A stretch of DNA of 61,808 nucleotides, filler included, from Choristocarpus tenellus KU-1152 (GCA_964200185.2; 10 parts of 10 records of this genome joined end to end with filler, not necessarily neighbours in it), one strand, 5' to 3'. Positions 26,193-40,449 are shown, counted from the first letter of the whole stretch. The notes: a model not told the origin generated them from the sequence alone. Numbers and translations are program-made.

Positions 26193-27375
26193 TCATGTAT
26201 CGTCATCATCGTTCAAATCGTCCAGATCATCATCATCATCATCATTGCCCTCAAACAAGTCTTCCTGAACCGCAACTCCCAGCCCTACTGCTTCACTCTT
26301 TGCTCCAGCTGCTTTTGCACCCATTGCCCCTGCCGCCATCCCTTCTGATTCCTTGACCTGTGTGTGGTGCGTTTGTGCGTCAATATGGGAATTTTGTGAA
26401 GAAAAAAAAGGGGAAAAAAATAGACGGCATGTTGTAGGAGTCTCTTATGCTTCCACACAATCGCTGACTGGGCAAAGGAACTTCTGTAGTGTGTACCAAA
26501 TCCCTCCTAGGCACTTACCCTGTGCCCACTACACACCAATCTACACCCCAATCCTCCACATAAGTCTACAGAAACGACCAAGAGCACAACCAGCTAAATT
26601 TTCCCCACATCAAATCCACACCATTCGCACATACTTGTGAGAATAGTTATGCCTTTACAACTGTACACCCTTGCTTGTGCCATCAGTACTAATACGTATC
26701 TACCCAAAGAGGGGGGGGGGGCATTTCGGAGCATCCAAACCAACCTCATCTCCATTGTCTCCTTGCATGCGCTGGTGGTCTTCCTCCCCATCCTCAATGT
26801 CATTCCTCTGACCCATCGTATGGTTATCTGCTGCATCTGCATCGTCCTACAGCACACCACAACAAACCATGGTCACAGGGACAAAAAGCACAAAAATACC
26901 AAATGAGGGCAGGGAAAGTGGGTGAGATAATGGATGAGATACCGACTGGGTGCTTGGGGAATATGCACGTGCATATTTGTGTACTAAGATAGGCAAGAGT
27001 GTTGAAGGGGTGTCAATGGCAAAAGGTTTTCATAAGCATTTCTGTGGGTTACCAAGAAAAAATTGGACCAGACAGTAGTAGATCATAGGTATATTCAAAA
27101 ACTGTGGATGGCCAGCACAGGTGACATAATCACACCTCATACAACAACCAAAACCATGCTGACAGATGCGAAAAACAGAGGAGAATTTCAACTCCTTGTG
27201 ATATGTTTCCAGTAACGGTGTTGACAAGTTGAGGGGGGTGCTGGCATGTGCAGCACTACACCAATATGATACATCAGTTCACCTGGAACAGACTAGCGTC
27301 GTAGTCAAAGAGTGCCCGCCCACTGAGGACAGACAGACCCTTCCCCTTGCCACGCTTCTTGATCTCCAACTCTAC
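26193..27375 (-). CDS. ZC3H15: 3' part of ZC3H15/Tma46 (DFRP1, DRG GTPase partner); exons 27375-27283, 26846-26745, 26357-26193; 5' part lost at the contig end
   Basis: Three phase-0 exons (93, 102, 165 nt) give KGKGLSVLSGRALFDYDASLFQDDADAAD...VAVQEDLFEGNDDDDDDLDDLND, matching the DFRP C-terminal pattern SGRxLFxxxxxLFxDD and the acidic VxxxLF..DLDxL tail. Confidence 0.78.
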
Positions 27376-29844
27376 CTGTAAAAAGTGTGTGTGTGTGGGG
27401 GGGGGGGGGGGAGAAAAAAAAAAAAAAGGGCCATTCAAAAAGGGGGGGTGGACCATTCAAATTAAGAANNNNNNNNNNNNNNNNNNNNNNNNNNNNNNNN
27501 NNNNNNNNNNNNTTAATTAATTAANNNNNNNNNNNNNNNNNNNNNNNNNNNNNNNNNNNNNNNNNNNNATATAGGTTATTACATTTAATCAAAATAATAG
27601 CGATAACCTATGATAATGGATTTTACAGAAAATTTTTTTGGGTTCGGGTTTAGGCATTCTGCTGTCTATCAACCTTTCCTCATCTCCGTCGAACTAGCAC
27701 TAACTTGCTTGGCGGCTCTATTTCATAAAATGAAGATGAAGCAACCACCACCGTGTTTTCTGCTTGTTTTTTGCTTGTGGGATTAACCAGGTTAAGCCTG
27801 TTGTACCAAAGCATAGGAACAGTTCGCATTATTCACCACATAGAGTAGTCTCATGGCAACCATGGACAATAGATTTTCTGTGGTAAGGAATTTAGCATTG
27901 GCCAAAGTCTAACTAAACCTGGGGTACTTCAAGGTACATGTAGCAAAGCTGGCGTCACCCACAATGGCAACATTAGCCCTATCTAACTCCTCTTGCTCAT
28001 CATTATTTTTTTATAAAGTAGAGGTGCTCTCAGGTCAGGAGATAGAAAGGGCTGTGATATTTTAAGAACTACTGAGCTATAGTAAACTAGAGGAAGCCAG
28101 AGTTGCATTTTAAGGATGCTGGTAAATATGTAGAATTCTTCCCATTTTTTAAAATGCGCATTGGACATTCTCCGAGTTGTGTCGAAAACTTTCAAACACT
28201 AGAGAAATCAACCCTCTCAAATCAAACCTAGCATTTCATTCATAGAAATATGATTGAATTGCAAAAGATTGAAAAACTGACCTACAATGCAAAAAGGTCA
28301 AAAACCGAGTACCTCTCGTCTACTTTGGCTCACTGCAAACTACTACTGCACAGGTGATGTGCGTACTTGAAAGGTCGCTTTCTCCTTAACATGTCAGATG
28401 GCATTTAGTTGCTCTGGGGACCTCGTTTGAACTGGGGGTGTTATCATAGTTACATGCAGCAGTGCCGTGTCTGTGTTGAAAGAATTGACCGGATTTGTTT
28501 CATAAAGTGTTGATTGTTTGCTACCACTCTGGAGTACAAGTATCGTCATCAAAATAGAACATGCCTTACCTGTGTGCAAGATACTACCATTGGTTGGACA
28601 AAATTAGCACCAGGTCTTCCATCGTTGAGCAATTGATGCTTCAATCATCGTGTTGCTAGTGTGCCTAGTACAAAGTGCATAAACTATCAACCAATCCATC
28701 AGAACTCGACTTCTTTCACTGCTGATTTTCCATTATGATTGCCTAGTCTATCATCCATCGCTGAACAATAAAGTAATGTTACCACATATTTTAATAATAA
28801 TAACTGTGATAAACTGTACCAACTGTATGAGCAAAAGATTTGAGACATATTTTGACTTCTCCTGAACACAAGGTGGTAGAATAAGTCGCTATTTTACTGT
28901 CAACAATATTATGGCTAATATGTTGTCTAGGTATTATTGAATTGCAACACAAAATACTTTGAGGACGGCCCTACATCAGCAACAGCAACAACATATACAG
29001 CAATGACCGCCACGCCTGCAAATTCGACAAAAAAATATCTTCACCCAACCAACTAGCCTCACCGCAATTCTAACCTTATTTACTAGCATTCGTCCATAAT
29101 ATAGACATATAAACCCAACCAATCACTTCAAAATGCAGGTATCACACAAAGGTACGTTCATCACTTACAGTAGAACTCACCATAGGTATCCGGCTTTGTC
29201 ACCATAAATCCAAATCTTCAACTTCAATCTTCATCACCCTCACCTCACCCCCCCATATTTACGTGTTAATCTGTGACTTTGTGTTGGTATCTGATATTTC
29301 CCCCTTGGATTTGACTAACCCACTTCTATCTATGTAGGCTATCCACCCATAGATTTTTTCATTTATTATGGAAGGAGTAGAGCATTGATGTAGGGAATAT
29401 TATGCAAGAGCCATCATTTACATGCACCCACAGAATTGACTATATACACCAGAAGGATCGAAGTGTCGATAATGTTTTTGTTCCATATATATATGCCAAT
29501 ATTACCATAAATCGCCGAGATTGTCTAAATTTATTCACCCCAATTTCGTCTAAGTGCAGGAACTCCAATGATATTTTTTATTTGACGTTTGAAAGTAGAA
29601 TAGTATAGTACTTAGATCACCTTAACCAATACTCATATTCAAGTATTACTACAAAACTAGGCACTATTCTATAAAAATAGAGGAAGCGAAATCGTCCAAA
29701 CGATATATTTTCTTGTTTTGCTTTTTGTACACCTCAGTATATTGTTGTTGCCTTCCGTAGTAATATTTTTCTGTTTCATACTATTTTTATTTTACGTTCT
29801 TAAGAACAAAAGAGAGTAAAAGTCACCAATCTACTTGTTTACTA

Positions 29845-30216
<372 letters not shown>

Positions 30217-31244
30217 CTAATCAATCGAAACCACTAATCAAAAATGCACAAGATATGTGAGACTCTAGAAGACTATAGAAAAAATATAGGAAAACAAAAA
30301 AAATAGCAAAATCAGATTTTGGTGTTTTCTATGTGGTTACACATCTTTTCTTTCGTCCTATTATTTTGATCTACTTTTTGCAACCTAAAACTCCACCCAC
30401 CATTTCTAGGTTTGACATCCCCCTTGCAGCCCACCATAGGCACTCACCACAAAAATATATTTTTTCAAATAACATGACCACACATGACTAAATTCAACAT
30501 CGCCAAATGAAACAAAAATTTTGGAAGAGACGCCCTGTCCATCTAGTGTCCCAATCTATCTCCGTGTGACCCAACCTGACTGAAAAGGTGTGCCATTGAT
30601 TGATTTCTCGTTAGAAACACCTTATTAAGGCTATCTGAATAATGCGAGGGCGAGGTTGGCATTATCTTTCTAATAATGGCTGATTCGTCGGCATTTGGAT
30701 CAGGCAGCATGAGCAGCAACAAACAGTTTCTGAACTCGTGCTAGGAAACCTTTTCTCAGAATCGGAAGTTTAGTGCAATGTATCATAATAACCTCGGACA
30801 CTCCAGCATGTCATCATTCCTCTTCACCAGTAGTAGTAGTAGAAAATGTTTCAAGACCTGATATACTGACAGGAGTGGAAGGTCCAAATTAAGTGGAGGT
30901 AAGGAGGAATCTAGGTGGACTCCTACGCCCTAGAAAATATCGTATTTGATTCATTAAGCATATACCTCACGGGGTTGAAGATCTATTGAGAGATCAGGCC
31001 TGGTCTTAAAATAAGCTCGTCCTCGTTCAAGGGGATTATGACGAGACCAGTGAAGTTAACGAAAAGTTAGTTCACCGTGAGTAACGGGCCCAACAACAAT
31101 ACCATTCTTTTCATGGAGAGGGATATCGTGAAAGGGTAGTACACGAATGAGTTCTTCTGTTCTACCTTTTTTCTTTTGCTATTATAGTAGTATTTGATTG
31201 TATCTTGTAATAGTACCCAGTATTTTCTTAAGCATTGTGTATTA

Positions 31245-31321
31245 TAATTTATATTATTATCCCCTCTAACATTTTGGAAATGTTTCAGGGGAAAAACCAA
31301 TAAAAACTATTCCCATGTCAG
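31245..31321 (-). repeat. Family C repeat, truncated
   Basis: TATTATCCCCTCTAACATTTTGGAAATGTTTCAGGGGAAAAACCAATAAAAACTATTCCCATGTCAG. Confidence 0.75.
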
Positions 31322-34042
31322 TATTGTTACTTTCTTCAGTACCACTTCGAAGGCACAAAACAACTATCAGTAACTAGCAATAGAGTTTTGAAACTATAGC
31401 TAGAACTCTTTTACCCTAAACAAAAGAGCACACCTCCAGGTTTCAATGCTTAACACTCTTACTACTATTATTACTTCTTCGTTGGTTGTTGTGAAATACA
31501 GCAAGTACTTGATAATATGATACACATCGACAACACCCTTCTTTTTGCAACCAATTGATTTCAAGTTCGTGATTTATATATGTACGACCTCCAAAAACCC
31601 CACCTTACCTACTTATCATCTGTATGGCATACAGGCGATGTGTCCAACTTGTGTATGTAAAATGCACTACCAACAGTGACGATGCGTACACGCTACAACT
31701 TAAAGACACAATGTTATGATAGGACCTTTGGTAATTTAGGTGATTTTTTTTTTGCGTCAGTGAATTATCTCCATAAAATATTCCACAGTTTCGCGCGCCA
31801 GCCGTTTCACGTGTGATTCCGCGACACATTTTGTGTTGTCCATGTCATGGACAACACAAAAGTTGTGTGTGCTTAGAGACAGACCGAGGAATGCCAATAA
31901 AGATGAAATTGCTGTAGTACAACCAATGTTAAGACGGGCGTATGCTGATCGATGCTCTGGGTAGGGCAACAGGTCGGAAAGGGTTATCCAGTAATCAAAC
32001 AGGTTAGGGCATAGCATGTCGCAACCAAATGCTCTATGGTGCGCTGCCTTCCGCCACCTCTTTTCTTAGGGGTACAGTCCGGGGACACCATTCGGTAGGC
32101 GTGAACTGGAAGGGGCGGATCATATAGATGCCGACAATGCAGATAGATATCATTGGGCAAGAGCTGGGTCACTACCTGACCAGCGCCCATAAACAGAAAG
32201 CGAGGAGAGCATCAGGAGGAGCTTCTCACGTTGCGCCTGTATCTACCACACCAAATGTCAGGTGCGATCACTTGAAGACGCTGCTGTTGCTCTCTAGTTG
32301 CAAATCGTAGCCTAAATTAAGACTTCCCGAATCCTACCGACCACATTGTCTGTCATCATTCGAGAGTACAAACTAATACATAGGGTCAACTCGTCTGTGC
32401 GATCTTCATGATCAGGATTGATGATGCTAGCCAGCCCAGTGTCTACATGGCATATGTCTCTTCAGAGCACCCTCATCCTGAAGAGGTAATGGGATGTTTA
32501 CATATGTGTCATTGTTGACCTTGCACGTCCATTGTACAACTTTGTCATCATGTTTTGAGTGCCAAACCCGGATGCAGGCCTTGGAAGGTGTGCGGTTAGT
32601 ACCTGACATCCTCACAATATCTCAAAACATGAGTGTGCCACGCACAAGCCTAGAACACTCGCACCTACTTCGCACAAACATAGACAACCCACACTTGAAA
32701 TAAAAAATTCACACATTTCCATCTCTGCCCAAAAACTAAGAGTCATGGCAGAGCAAACATTCTACACGCCTTTGTTGCAGTGCAATGTCTAGAAACGCCC
32801 TGCAATGGAATAAAGTACGACTCAATTGCCATTACTATGCAGGAAAAAATCAACCAAGTAATTGACGAGGAGATTGAGATAGTTGCATTAGACTCAGATG
32901 ATGGTCTTACAGGCCTTGCGCCAGACATGGGGCTCTATGGTCTTAGCCCTAGCCCTGGACAGCGACTCTATGCCGCCAAGTTTCGTTCCCCTGCTCGATC
33001 CGTGGAGACTTCCTCTTCCCTCTGCTGCAGAGAATTAGGCGAGGGGGCATGTGTAGGGTGGGCGGGGGGTTCGAAACAGGACTACAATCCGTGGGAGGTC
33101 TCCTCGGATATGTTGGACAGTACAGGGTTGCAAGGTTCAACAACAAGGTAGGTTTGTTTGCTGTGATTTGTTCTTCATACATGCACTGAGAAAGTCTAGA
33201 AACATCATTTCAGGTTGTGTCAGGCATGTGAGACCAGTGGAGGAGGATTAGTGTGGTTCAGGATACAGCAATCTCCGTTCTCACAATCTCTGCTCTCTTA
33301 CCCTTTGTACTGTATTGGTGAAAAAGTATTTTCGGCTTATTTTGGAGCTCCTAATGTCAATTTAGTATTTGGAAGTAGGGTTCACATTTCGGGAAGGGGT
33401 GACATTGCTGAATTTCGGTAATAGTATACCTATTTTGATCTTTCTGCACATTCTGGTGGTGCTGCCTTTGGACATGTTAAGAGCCTCAGTCAGAACTAAT
33501 TGTTTAATTCCAAGAGGAATAATTTGTTCGGGGTCCTGCAACAACAACCTCATGAAACAAGACCATTTCAGGGATAACCTCCTTTTCATTTCAATCTTTC
33601 AAGGGGTCTATTATACGCGGCGTGTGTGTTGCAAATATGATTGATTCCCGGAACTGTCAACCTTTATCTTGAGTGTCACGTCTTGGGTGACAGATGAGAA
33701 GAATGTCGGCCTCACCTGAAGGTTAAGGCAGATTGTTTCACGGTCCACTCTCTCGTTCATCAAGGCAATTGCATCCTTTCCCCAAAATGCGAATTATCTT
33801 TGCATATAACCCTGTGTGGACCTGCTTATCCTCAACCCTATCCTTCCACATTTCTTCCCTTGTACGGGCCATCACAGTCATGTTCTCGGACTTGGGGTGC
33901 AGATGGGGGGTGGGGAGGAAGCCATCCAACCAAAGCACAGCGATACATGTTCTGACCCAAGTCCTCACCTGGATGATTATTTCCGGGGGCAGGTGACAAA
34001 AAATACAATGGTGATGATTCAAGACTGAGCATCTAACCCTTT

Positions 34043-34312
34043 GAGTCAAAGCATTTAAGAGGGTTAGGGTTAGGGTCGCGTCCGTTCGGGGTCATAAAAC
34101 CAATATTGCGATTTTGGTGAGGTTTGGTTATCGTGTTTGTTGGCAAGTGTCAATATCCTTGCTCTGGACACACCTATCATAGTCCTATACATTTTATCTA
34201 CTCTGAAATCCGAAACGTTCCCACAGAAAAACGAAAAAGGGCGTAAAAAAAACGTTGGAAGCCAAGCCGAAGAAACAGGGAAAAACTCGTACCATCTTAC
34301 ATGCTTTGACTC
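34043..34312 (+). mobile_element. TIR family B variant copy with a TTAGGG tract just inside the left TIR
   Basis: GAGTCAAAGCAT...ATGCTTTGACTC perfect 12-bp termini; internal AAGTGTCAATATCCTTGCTCTGGACACACC shared with other B copies; flanks CTTT/TTTT. Confidence 0.82.
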
Positions 34313-35492
34313 TTTTTCAAAGTGACGCTGAATGAGAAAAACAAAGAGGGAAGCCCTTTATAAACTTAGTGGAACTGCAACTGAAATAATAAAAGACTCA
34401 GGACATCAATATGGACTAGTGCTGACACCCTTCACTCAAATTTTCTCATATGACTTCAAGCGCTCCAAAAAATGTGCAGAATCAGAACACACATGCACAC
34501 ACACACACACACAAATGGTGTGTATGTTTGGCTCTGAGGAGTAGCCCACACCAGGGAGATGATGAGAGTATGATTTGTAGGGGACACAATGGGCTGCACT
34601 AGAAATCTACTCAGCGTAGTACCATGCCTTTGAAAGCAAGACCATAAATGGAGGGATAGAATGGAAAGAAAAATATGCTGTGAGTCTCAGGACACAAAGG
34701 AGGAAGTATATTCTTACAGAAAGGAATGCTGCTGTGCATTGTTTAGTGCTGGGCTAGGGTTAGGGTTTGGTCATAGTGAAAAAACGACTCGAACGAAATG
34801 AGTCGAATTGGATGGCATGCACGGAATAGGATGGCATCTCTTCTTGTCAGGACGATCCAGTAAAGAGCAGAGATGATTTGGCAATCTGATTTTGCACTTA
34901 GGGTTTGTGACATTGCACCTACAATCAGATTACACATTGCAGACCATTGTGTCAACAGAGAGCATCTTCTCATTTCAAGTGTGCATTTTTCTGGCAATAT
35001 TTAGGGTATAGTCTCTTATAGGGGTCCAATGAAGGTAAAACACAGTCACTAAGACAGACCCCGTTATCTCTTTTGAAGCAGGTCTTGAGAATAGGAATAG
35101 GGCACCATGGGGTCGACCTCCCCTTGCTTTCCAATCGTTTTTATGATGTCAGAATACGCTTACCTTTGTCATACTAACTTGTGTAGTGAGACTGTCAGAA
35201 AAAACCCCAACAAGCATCGTCGTAGCAGAAACGGTGGTCTTAAAAAGTTGAAACAAATGTTTGCATCTACACTTTCTCAAGCATTGCTTGGAGACCTTGT
35301 TTACTCTCACGCAACACCTCTTGAGTCTCAAATCGAAATCGATTGGGTGCTTGCTGCTGCAGTGATATCGTGGTATAGTTTCTCAGTACCCCGGAGTAGA
35401 CGCATACTTCAGCCGGTTTTAAAAATTGGCACATACATGCATGGTCCGCCAACCTCTTTTTCCCTTCTATGCTAAACTGTCGATAATTGTGT

Positions 35493-35750
35493 AAGCCAAA
35501 GTATCTTAGAGGGTAGAGCTGCGTCCATTTGGGGGACAAAATCCAATGTTGTGGTTTTGATGTAATTTTGGCTATTGTGTTTGTTAGGAAGTGTCAATAT
35601 CCATGTTCCAGACACACCTTTTCATAACACATACACTTTGCCCACTCCTAAACATTTTGGAGTAGGAAAGTTTCATAAAGAACGCATGGGAAGCCAAGCC
35701 TCAAATGGACAAAGAGGGAAAAAGTCGTACCCTCTAAGATACTTTCACTC
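35493..35750 (+). mobile_element. TIR family B, full-length copy of about 258 bp
   Basis: AAGCCAAAGTATCTTAGAGGGTA...TACCCTCTAAGATACTTTCACTC. Confidence 0.9.
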
Positions 35751-36071
35751 TGGTGTGTGTGTGTGTGTGTGTGTGTACGTGTGTGTGTGTGCGTGCTATA
35801 CAGATATATGAACAGCGACCGTTCAGTCGAAGTTCGACCCTTCACCTCCTCTTTCATAACGATGCCCATGCATCATTCACAACAGAAGCATTGCTAACTA
35901 CTAAATGGGCTCGCTTGAAGCTTCACATGTGTACAAAAAAATATATAGTTTTTTTTTTTTATAGAGTACACAATAGAACACTTGTGAAGCAAAGCGTAGC
36001 CTTTGTATCTGCACCCCTTCTGACAGTTACATATTTTCCTTGGTGCTGTGAAGCAGACCATTGTACACACT

Positions 36072-36092
36072 TGTGTGTGTGTGCGTGCGTGC

Positions 36093-36127
<35 letters not shown>
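36072..36127. repeat. (GT)n/(GCGT)n microsatellite at contig end; another at 35753-35795
   Basis: Direct reading. Confidence 0.9.
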
Positions 36128-36227
36128 NNNNNNNNNNNNNNNNNNNNNNNNNNNNNNNNNNNNNNNNNNNNTTAATTAATTAANNNNNNNNNNNNNNNNN
36201 NNNNNNNNNNNNNNNNNNNNNNNNNNN

Positions 36228-36294
36228 TTTTCCTGGTTTTGGTCCAAATGGACACTCTGGGTTAGACCCCCCCCCCCCACAGATACTTTGGGTC
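36228..36294 (-). mobile_element. TIR family A terminal fragment at contig start
   Basis: TTTCCTGGTTTTGGTCCAAATGGACACTCTGG...AGATACTTTGGGTC. Confidence 0.85.
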
Positions 36295-38219
36295 TGTAGT
36301 AAGCGGTAAACGACACTCCAGAGCTCTGATATTCGACAAATGAATGATATACGTTTGTTCACTTGATGAACAAAGAGGGGAGACTTTGGTCGTGAGCTAA
36401 GGTGTTACAAAGGGAAGGGGAGGACACAATAACGGGAGATGTAGGTTGGCGTTGTACGAATTTGCACTACCATAAAATGTACTTGTGGAAGTGTCAAAGG
36501 TGCCAAGTTCTCTGCTCAAGGGGCAATCACAATCACCGGAATGAAACTCCTTCACCTCAGAGGATGGGACCGAGTTTCAAGGTCTTGGCTCAAATCTCAG
36601 AACAGACCAGTAAATCCAGAACAGAACAACACCTTCAGAACACAACAGATGTTCCAGAATGACTGAGCAACGTCACAACAAAGAACTGGATTTATCAGAA
36701 TCGGAATGGTTCTTCGTTCTGAGAGTCAATTTTGACTGTTTGCTCAAATCCGAATCTCATGGGTGTTATTGTTTCTTTGAACTGGTCGGTATGGATGAGT
36801 TCAAATGACGTGGTTGGCGCGCGCAGTTGTATATGACCGCGCGTCTTATATATAACGTATGTGTCGGAGATCCCAGAAAAGGAACCTGTCCCTATCATAC
36901 TTAATATTTTTGAAAACGTTCAACTATCTCACTTTTATATAATTTAATAGTCAGTTCGACCATAATATTATTATTCAAGTAGGAAGTACGTACCAGTTTT
37001 TTTAATTGAAGAAATCAGCATTGTAATATTATATTATTTTGCATTGTTCCGTCTTGGTTGGACTTTGGAAATTTGTTGTGTACAAAATTGGAGGGTAACA
37101 CACACCATGTACAACACTACTTCAAGAGGAAAACCGTAGCACAAAATAAATTGGAGAATTGGTGGTATGGTAAATGCTATGCATTTATCTGGATCAATAC
37201 AAAAATTTCACACACAGCGTCGTCAACAGTTATGGGGTTTCTTGTAGAGAGGAGTAGGCCCCATTGGATTTGTCAAATGTCAGCAATCAGTCAAGTGGAA
37301 CCCTACCTTGGGTCAAAATGTAGAGGTGTTTCATATAGTTGATACAATTTCATAGACGAACACCACTTACTATGACGTATTGACACGTATGTTTACAAAA
37401 AAACAAACTTAATCACTCACCCATTTTTTTTTGTGAGTGTACTCATCGCCAGCATCACAAATAATGACTCTAATAACATACTCTTAAGGTACTTTCATGA
37501 GCGTTACAATATGTCACTTTTAGATAAAATTACAATTCTAGAAAATTAGCCTCCACGACTGATTGTTTTGCCTAGTCACTAATTTATATATAATGATGTC
37601 CTCTATCTTTTGAAGATGTTTCAGGGGAAAAGCTAAACCAATCACAAGGATACACTAATTTCGCGATCTGAATTATCTTAAATCGTTGATGCCCACCACA
37701 ATCTTACTCCACGGTCACTCCACAATCGCACATCTAAAGCAACAAAAAAAATGTTGCGGCGTGCTGTCCACTTGTTCCACAATTCGTTGATCAATTGATT
37801 CACACACACTAGTTCTTAGAATAATACAGTGGTGCTCGAAAGGAAAAAAATATTGGCAGGTATATAATACTTCAACTTTCATGTGATCAGAAAAGGAACG
37901 CAAAAAACGCATTTAAAAAAAATAGTTAGGATGTATGTGTCAAACGCAAAAGGCTGGATGCATTGATCAAATCGAGAGAGAAAATAAAAAAACTAAGCAG
38001 AAAAAAAAACAACATGAGGATTACCTCCAGCATCAGCACCATAGCTAGTTCAAGGAGGGCCACATGTCCACATGCATCTAGGATCAGTCCTTGCACCCGC
38101 TAGACCCAACTTACTATCATCGACACCAAAAAAGATTACTATCCTAGGTTAGGCAAAGGAACCTTGTCTCCTTCCCCTCCAGAAAAGAAAAGAAGAATTG
38201 GAGAAGGAGCTCAGCACGC

Positions 38220-38655
38220 AGTATCACATGTGGCTGGTGGCTATGGCAACTCTTCTGTGATTGGCTGTGCCTGCTTCTATCCCAGCAGTGTGCCGGGCGT
38301 CCATGAAGTATTTTGCTCCACACCCCACATTTCTGTGTCACCTGTTCGAGTCTTTTGCAAGGGAAACCCACTGATTGGCTGGGATGTCAAACGCCTTGAG
38401 GTCGTCTTGGAGGCACCACCACCAGTTTTTCTCTAGACCTCACTTCTCACCCGTTGGTTTCAGAGCGATAAGTTCTCCAAGATGAGACTTTTTTGCAAAC
38501 AATCATTGCCCATCCACGACATGAAATCTGCAAATGGTAGCCTTCTTTTGCAGATGCTGTCCTCGACGCATTCACATCAACTTCTCTTAAGGGCTTCTCT
38601 GTAACACATGGGGTCCGTACGTTTCTGTTTGTGGAACCCAATTGCAATACGGTAT
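38220..38655 (-). pseudogene. 3' fragment of an RTE-clade LINE ORF2 (post-RT C-terminus)
   Basis: IGFHKQKRTDPMCYREALKRS*CECVEDSICKRRLPFADFMSWM and KNWWWCLQDDLKAFDIPANQWVSLAKDSNR*HRNVGCGAKYFM, typical of RTE C-termini; contains stops. Confidence 0.75.
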
Positions 38656-39276
38656 TACTTCATGCTTCCCTCTTCTTGGATACACACGTCACCAAAAGTA
38701 CAATACCAAATAATTAATTATACCGTTCACTATGACACAAATAGTCGACACCATCCCAACCTAGAGACCCCTCCTACCCTCTTCTCTGGCCACGAGTGCT
38801 AGAGACTGCCACATGCCTGTGTACCTTTACACACCATCCCTTGCCTCACAGAGGAACGAAAAGAAGGGAAGAAGAGATATATTTACAACCAAGGAAGAGT
38901 TTCAATAAAAGGAATTTGTCAGTGTGGAGTACAGAGAATATACTTTCCATAAACTCGCACATCTTTAGGACCACTTCCAAGAGAGTAGATGCGATAAGAA
39001 GGAATTACTATTAAATTTTCAGCACACTCAGTTACGGTGGAAAAATAAAACGTGCTAGCAACACGGAATTGCCTTAGCTAGGGCTGTCAAGGGAGATAAG
39101 GAGGGAGAGGTCATGGGCACAGAGCTATCAAGGGAGGTATTTACCACTCCACTCATAGGCACAGAGCATCACAACCAAGTAGCTATTATCATCCTCCCTA
39201 CAAGGGAAGAGAGGAGGCCATCATAACCTGGATGTCGTCAACGAATGGAAGGGATGAGCATCTGGCGTCTTGGCAG

Positions 39277-39535
39277 GAGTGAAAGTATCTTAGAGAGTAG
39301 AGCCACGTCCATTTGGGGGCCAAAATCCAATGTAACAATTTTGATGTAATTTTGGCTATCATATGTTTTAGAGGATATCAATACCTTGTTCCGGACACAC
39401 CTTTTCATAAAGTATACATTTTACCTACTCCGAAACTTTTTGGAGTAGGTAAAACGCCAATAAAATCCGTGGGAAGCCAAGCCCCAAATAGACAAACAGG
39501 GAAAAACTCTTGCGCCCTCTAAGATACTTTCACTC
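39277..39535 (+). mobile_element. TIR family B, full-length copy
   Basis: GAGTGAAAGTATCTTAGAG...CTCTAAGATACTTTCACTC (19-bp perfect TIR); no recognisable TSD. Confidence 0.9.
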
Positions 39536-40384
39536 CAACAGTTGTCAAAATTGTCGTCAAGAGGGACTTGACCCTTCCCTCCTACATCTGTGAGGTTGCG
39601 CTTTCTACTTATATCAGTCTGTGCAAAGGCACCTCCTCCATGTGATGCCTCCAGGTATTATCCTATACTTCGTTCTGTTGAGATATGAGGGGTACTTAAA
39701 TCTCTGCCAGGTGAGGTGCCATGAGCTTAGACTACACGTTGATTGCAGGTCAGTATACCCGTGGTAGGCGAATTCCGTCATCGGTCTAACAGGGACGGAT
39801 GGTGACCGGTGTCTTGAACTGGTAGATTTTTGCTAATAGTCTACCTGGGTCACCTTGTCTATACATTTACGGAGGAAGAGGCTATTGCTGGGCATCAATT
39901 ACGATATGAGTGCAGTTGTGGTGAGCTTGGGCGACCGTATCGCGACAGTACGATCAAGTGGCTTTACGGGGCCCAACAAGTGCACAATCTCTACAGTCTT
40001 CGGGACTGTGATCCAGGTCCTCACCAATCAACACACTACCAACACTTCATTGAACACAACATTGTTGTTTGACCATATTTGCATAGCTTACCTACGGGCA
40101 CGGTGAAGGGACACACTTTGTCAGAGTGGTTGAGTCACAGGGGAATTGATACAGTTCCTGGTCACACACTATGATGGAGAAGGGGAAGGGACGAGGGGGG
40201 TAATTTTATTGTTTCTTTAAAATCAAAGTCGTGATTGAAGGTTAGGGAGGATTAGGAATAGTCTTTGTTTTATAAAGGAACAAAATATTTCATTTTTTTT
40301 TATGAATGGGAAGTGGGGAGTGCAAGGTGATGAATGGATTACTTGAGAGAGTTATGGTCAAGGATATTTTTGAGGGGGTAGTTT

Positions 40385-40449
40385 TGTTACAGGCGAATAG
40401 AGCGAGTATTTCTTCTTGTATTTCAACGAAGTGCAAACGGTTGTTACAC
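40385..40449. mobile_element. End of an LTR of the same family as 60097-60558, cut by the contig end
   Basis: TGTTACAGGCGAATAG is identical to 60097-60112. Confidence 0.65.

Noticed and set aside
29430-29560. rps3-like peptide (AIYGNIGIYIW)
   Set aside because: Too short and AT-biased to separate from chance.
31860-33150. Possible spliced gene with an exon near 32780-33146
   Set aside because: No phase-consistent multi-exon model or recognisable domain could be built.
39700-40140. Possible DIRS-type RT/RNase H fragment (VYLGHLV, LLLGINYDMSAVVVSL)
   Set aside because: No catalytic motif seen; too weak to call.
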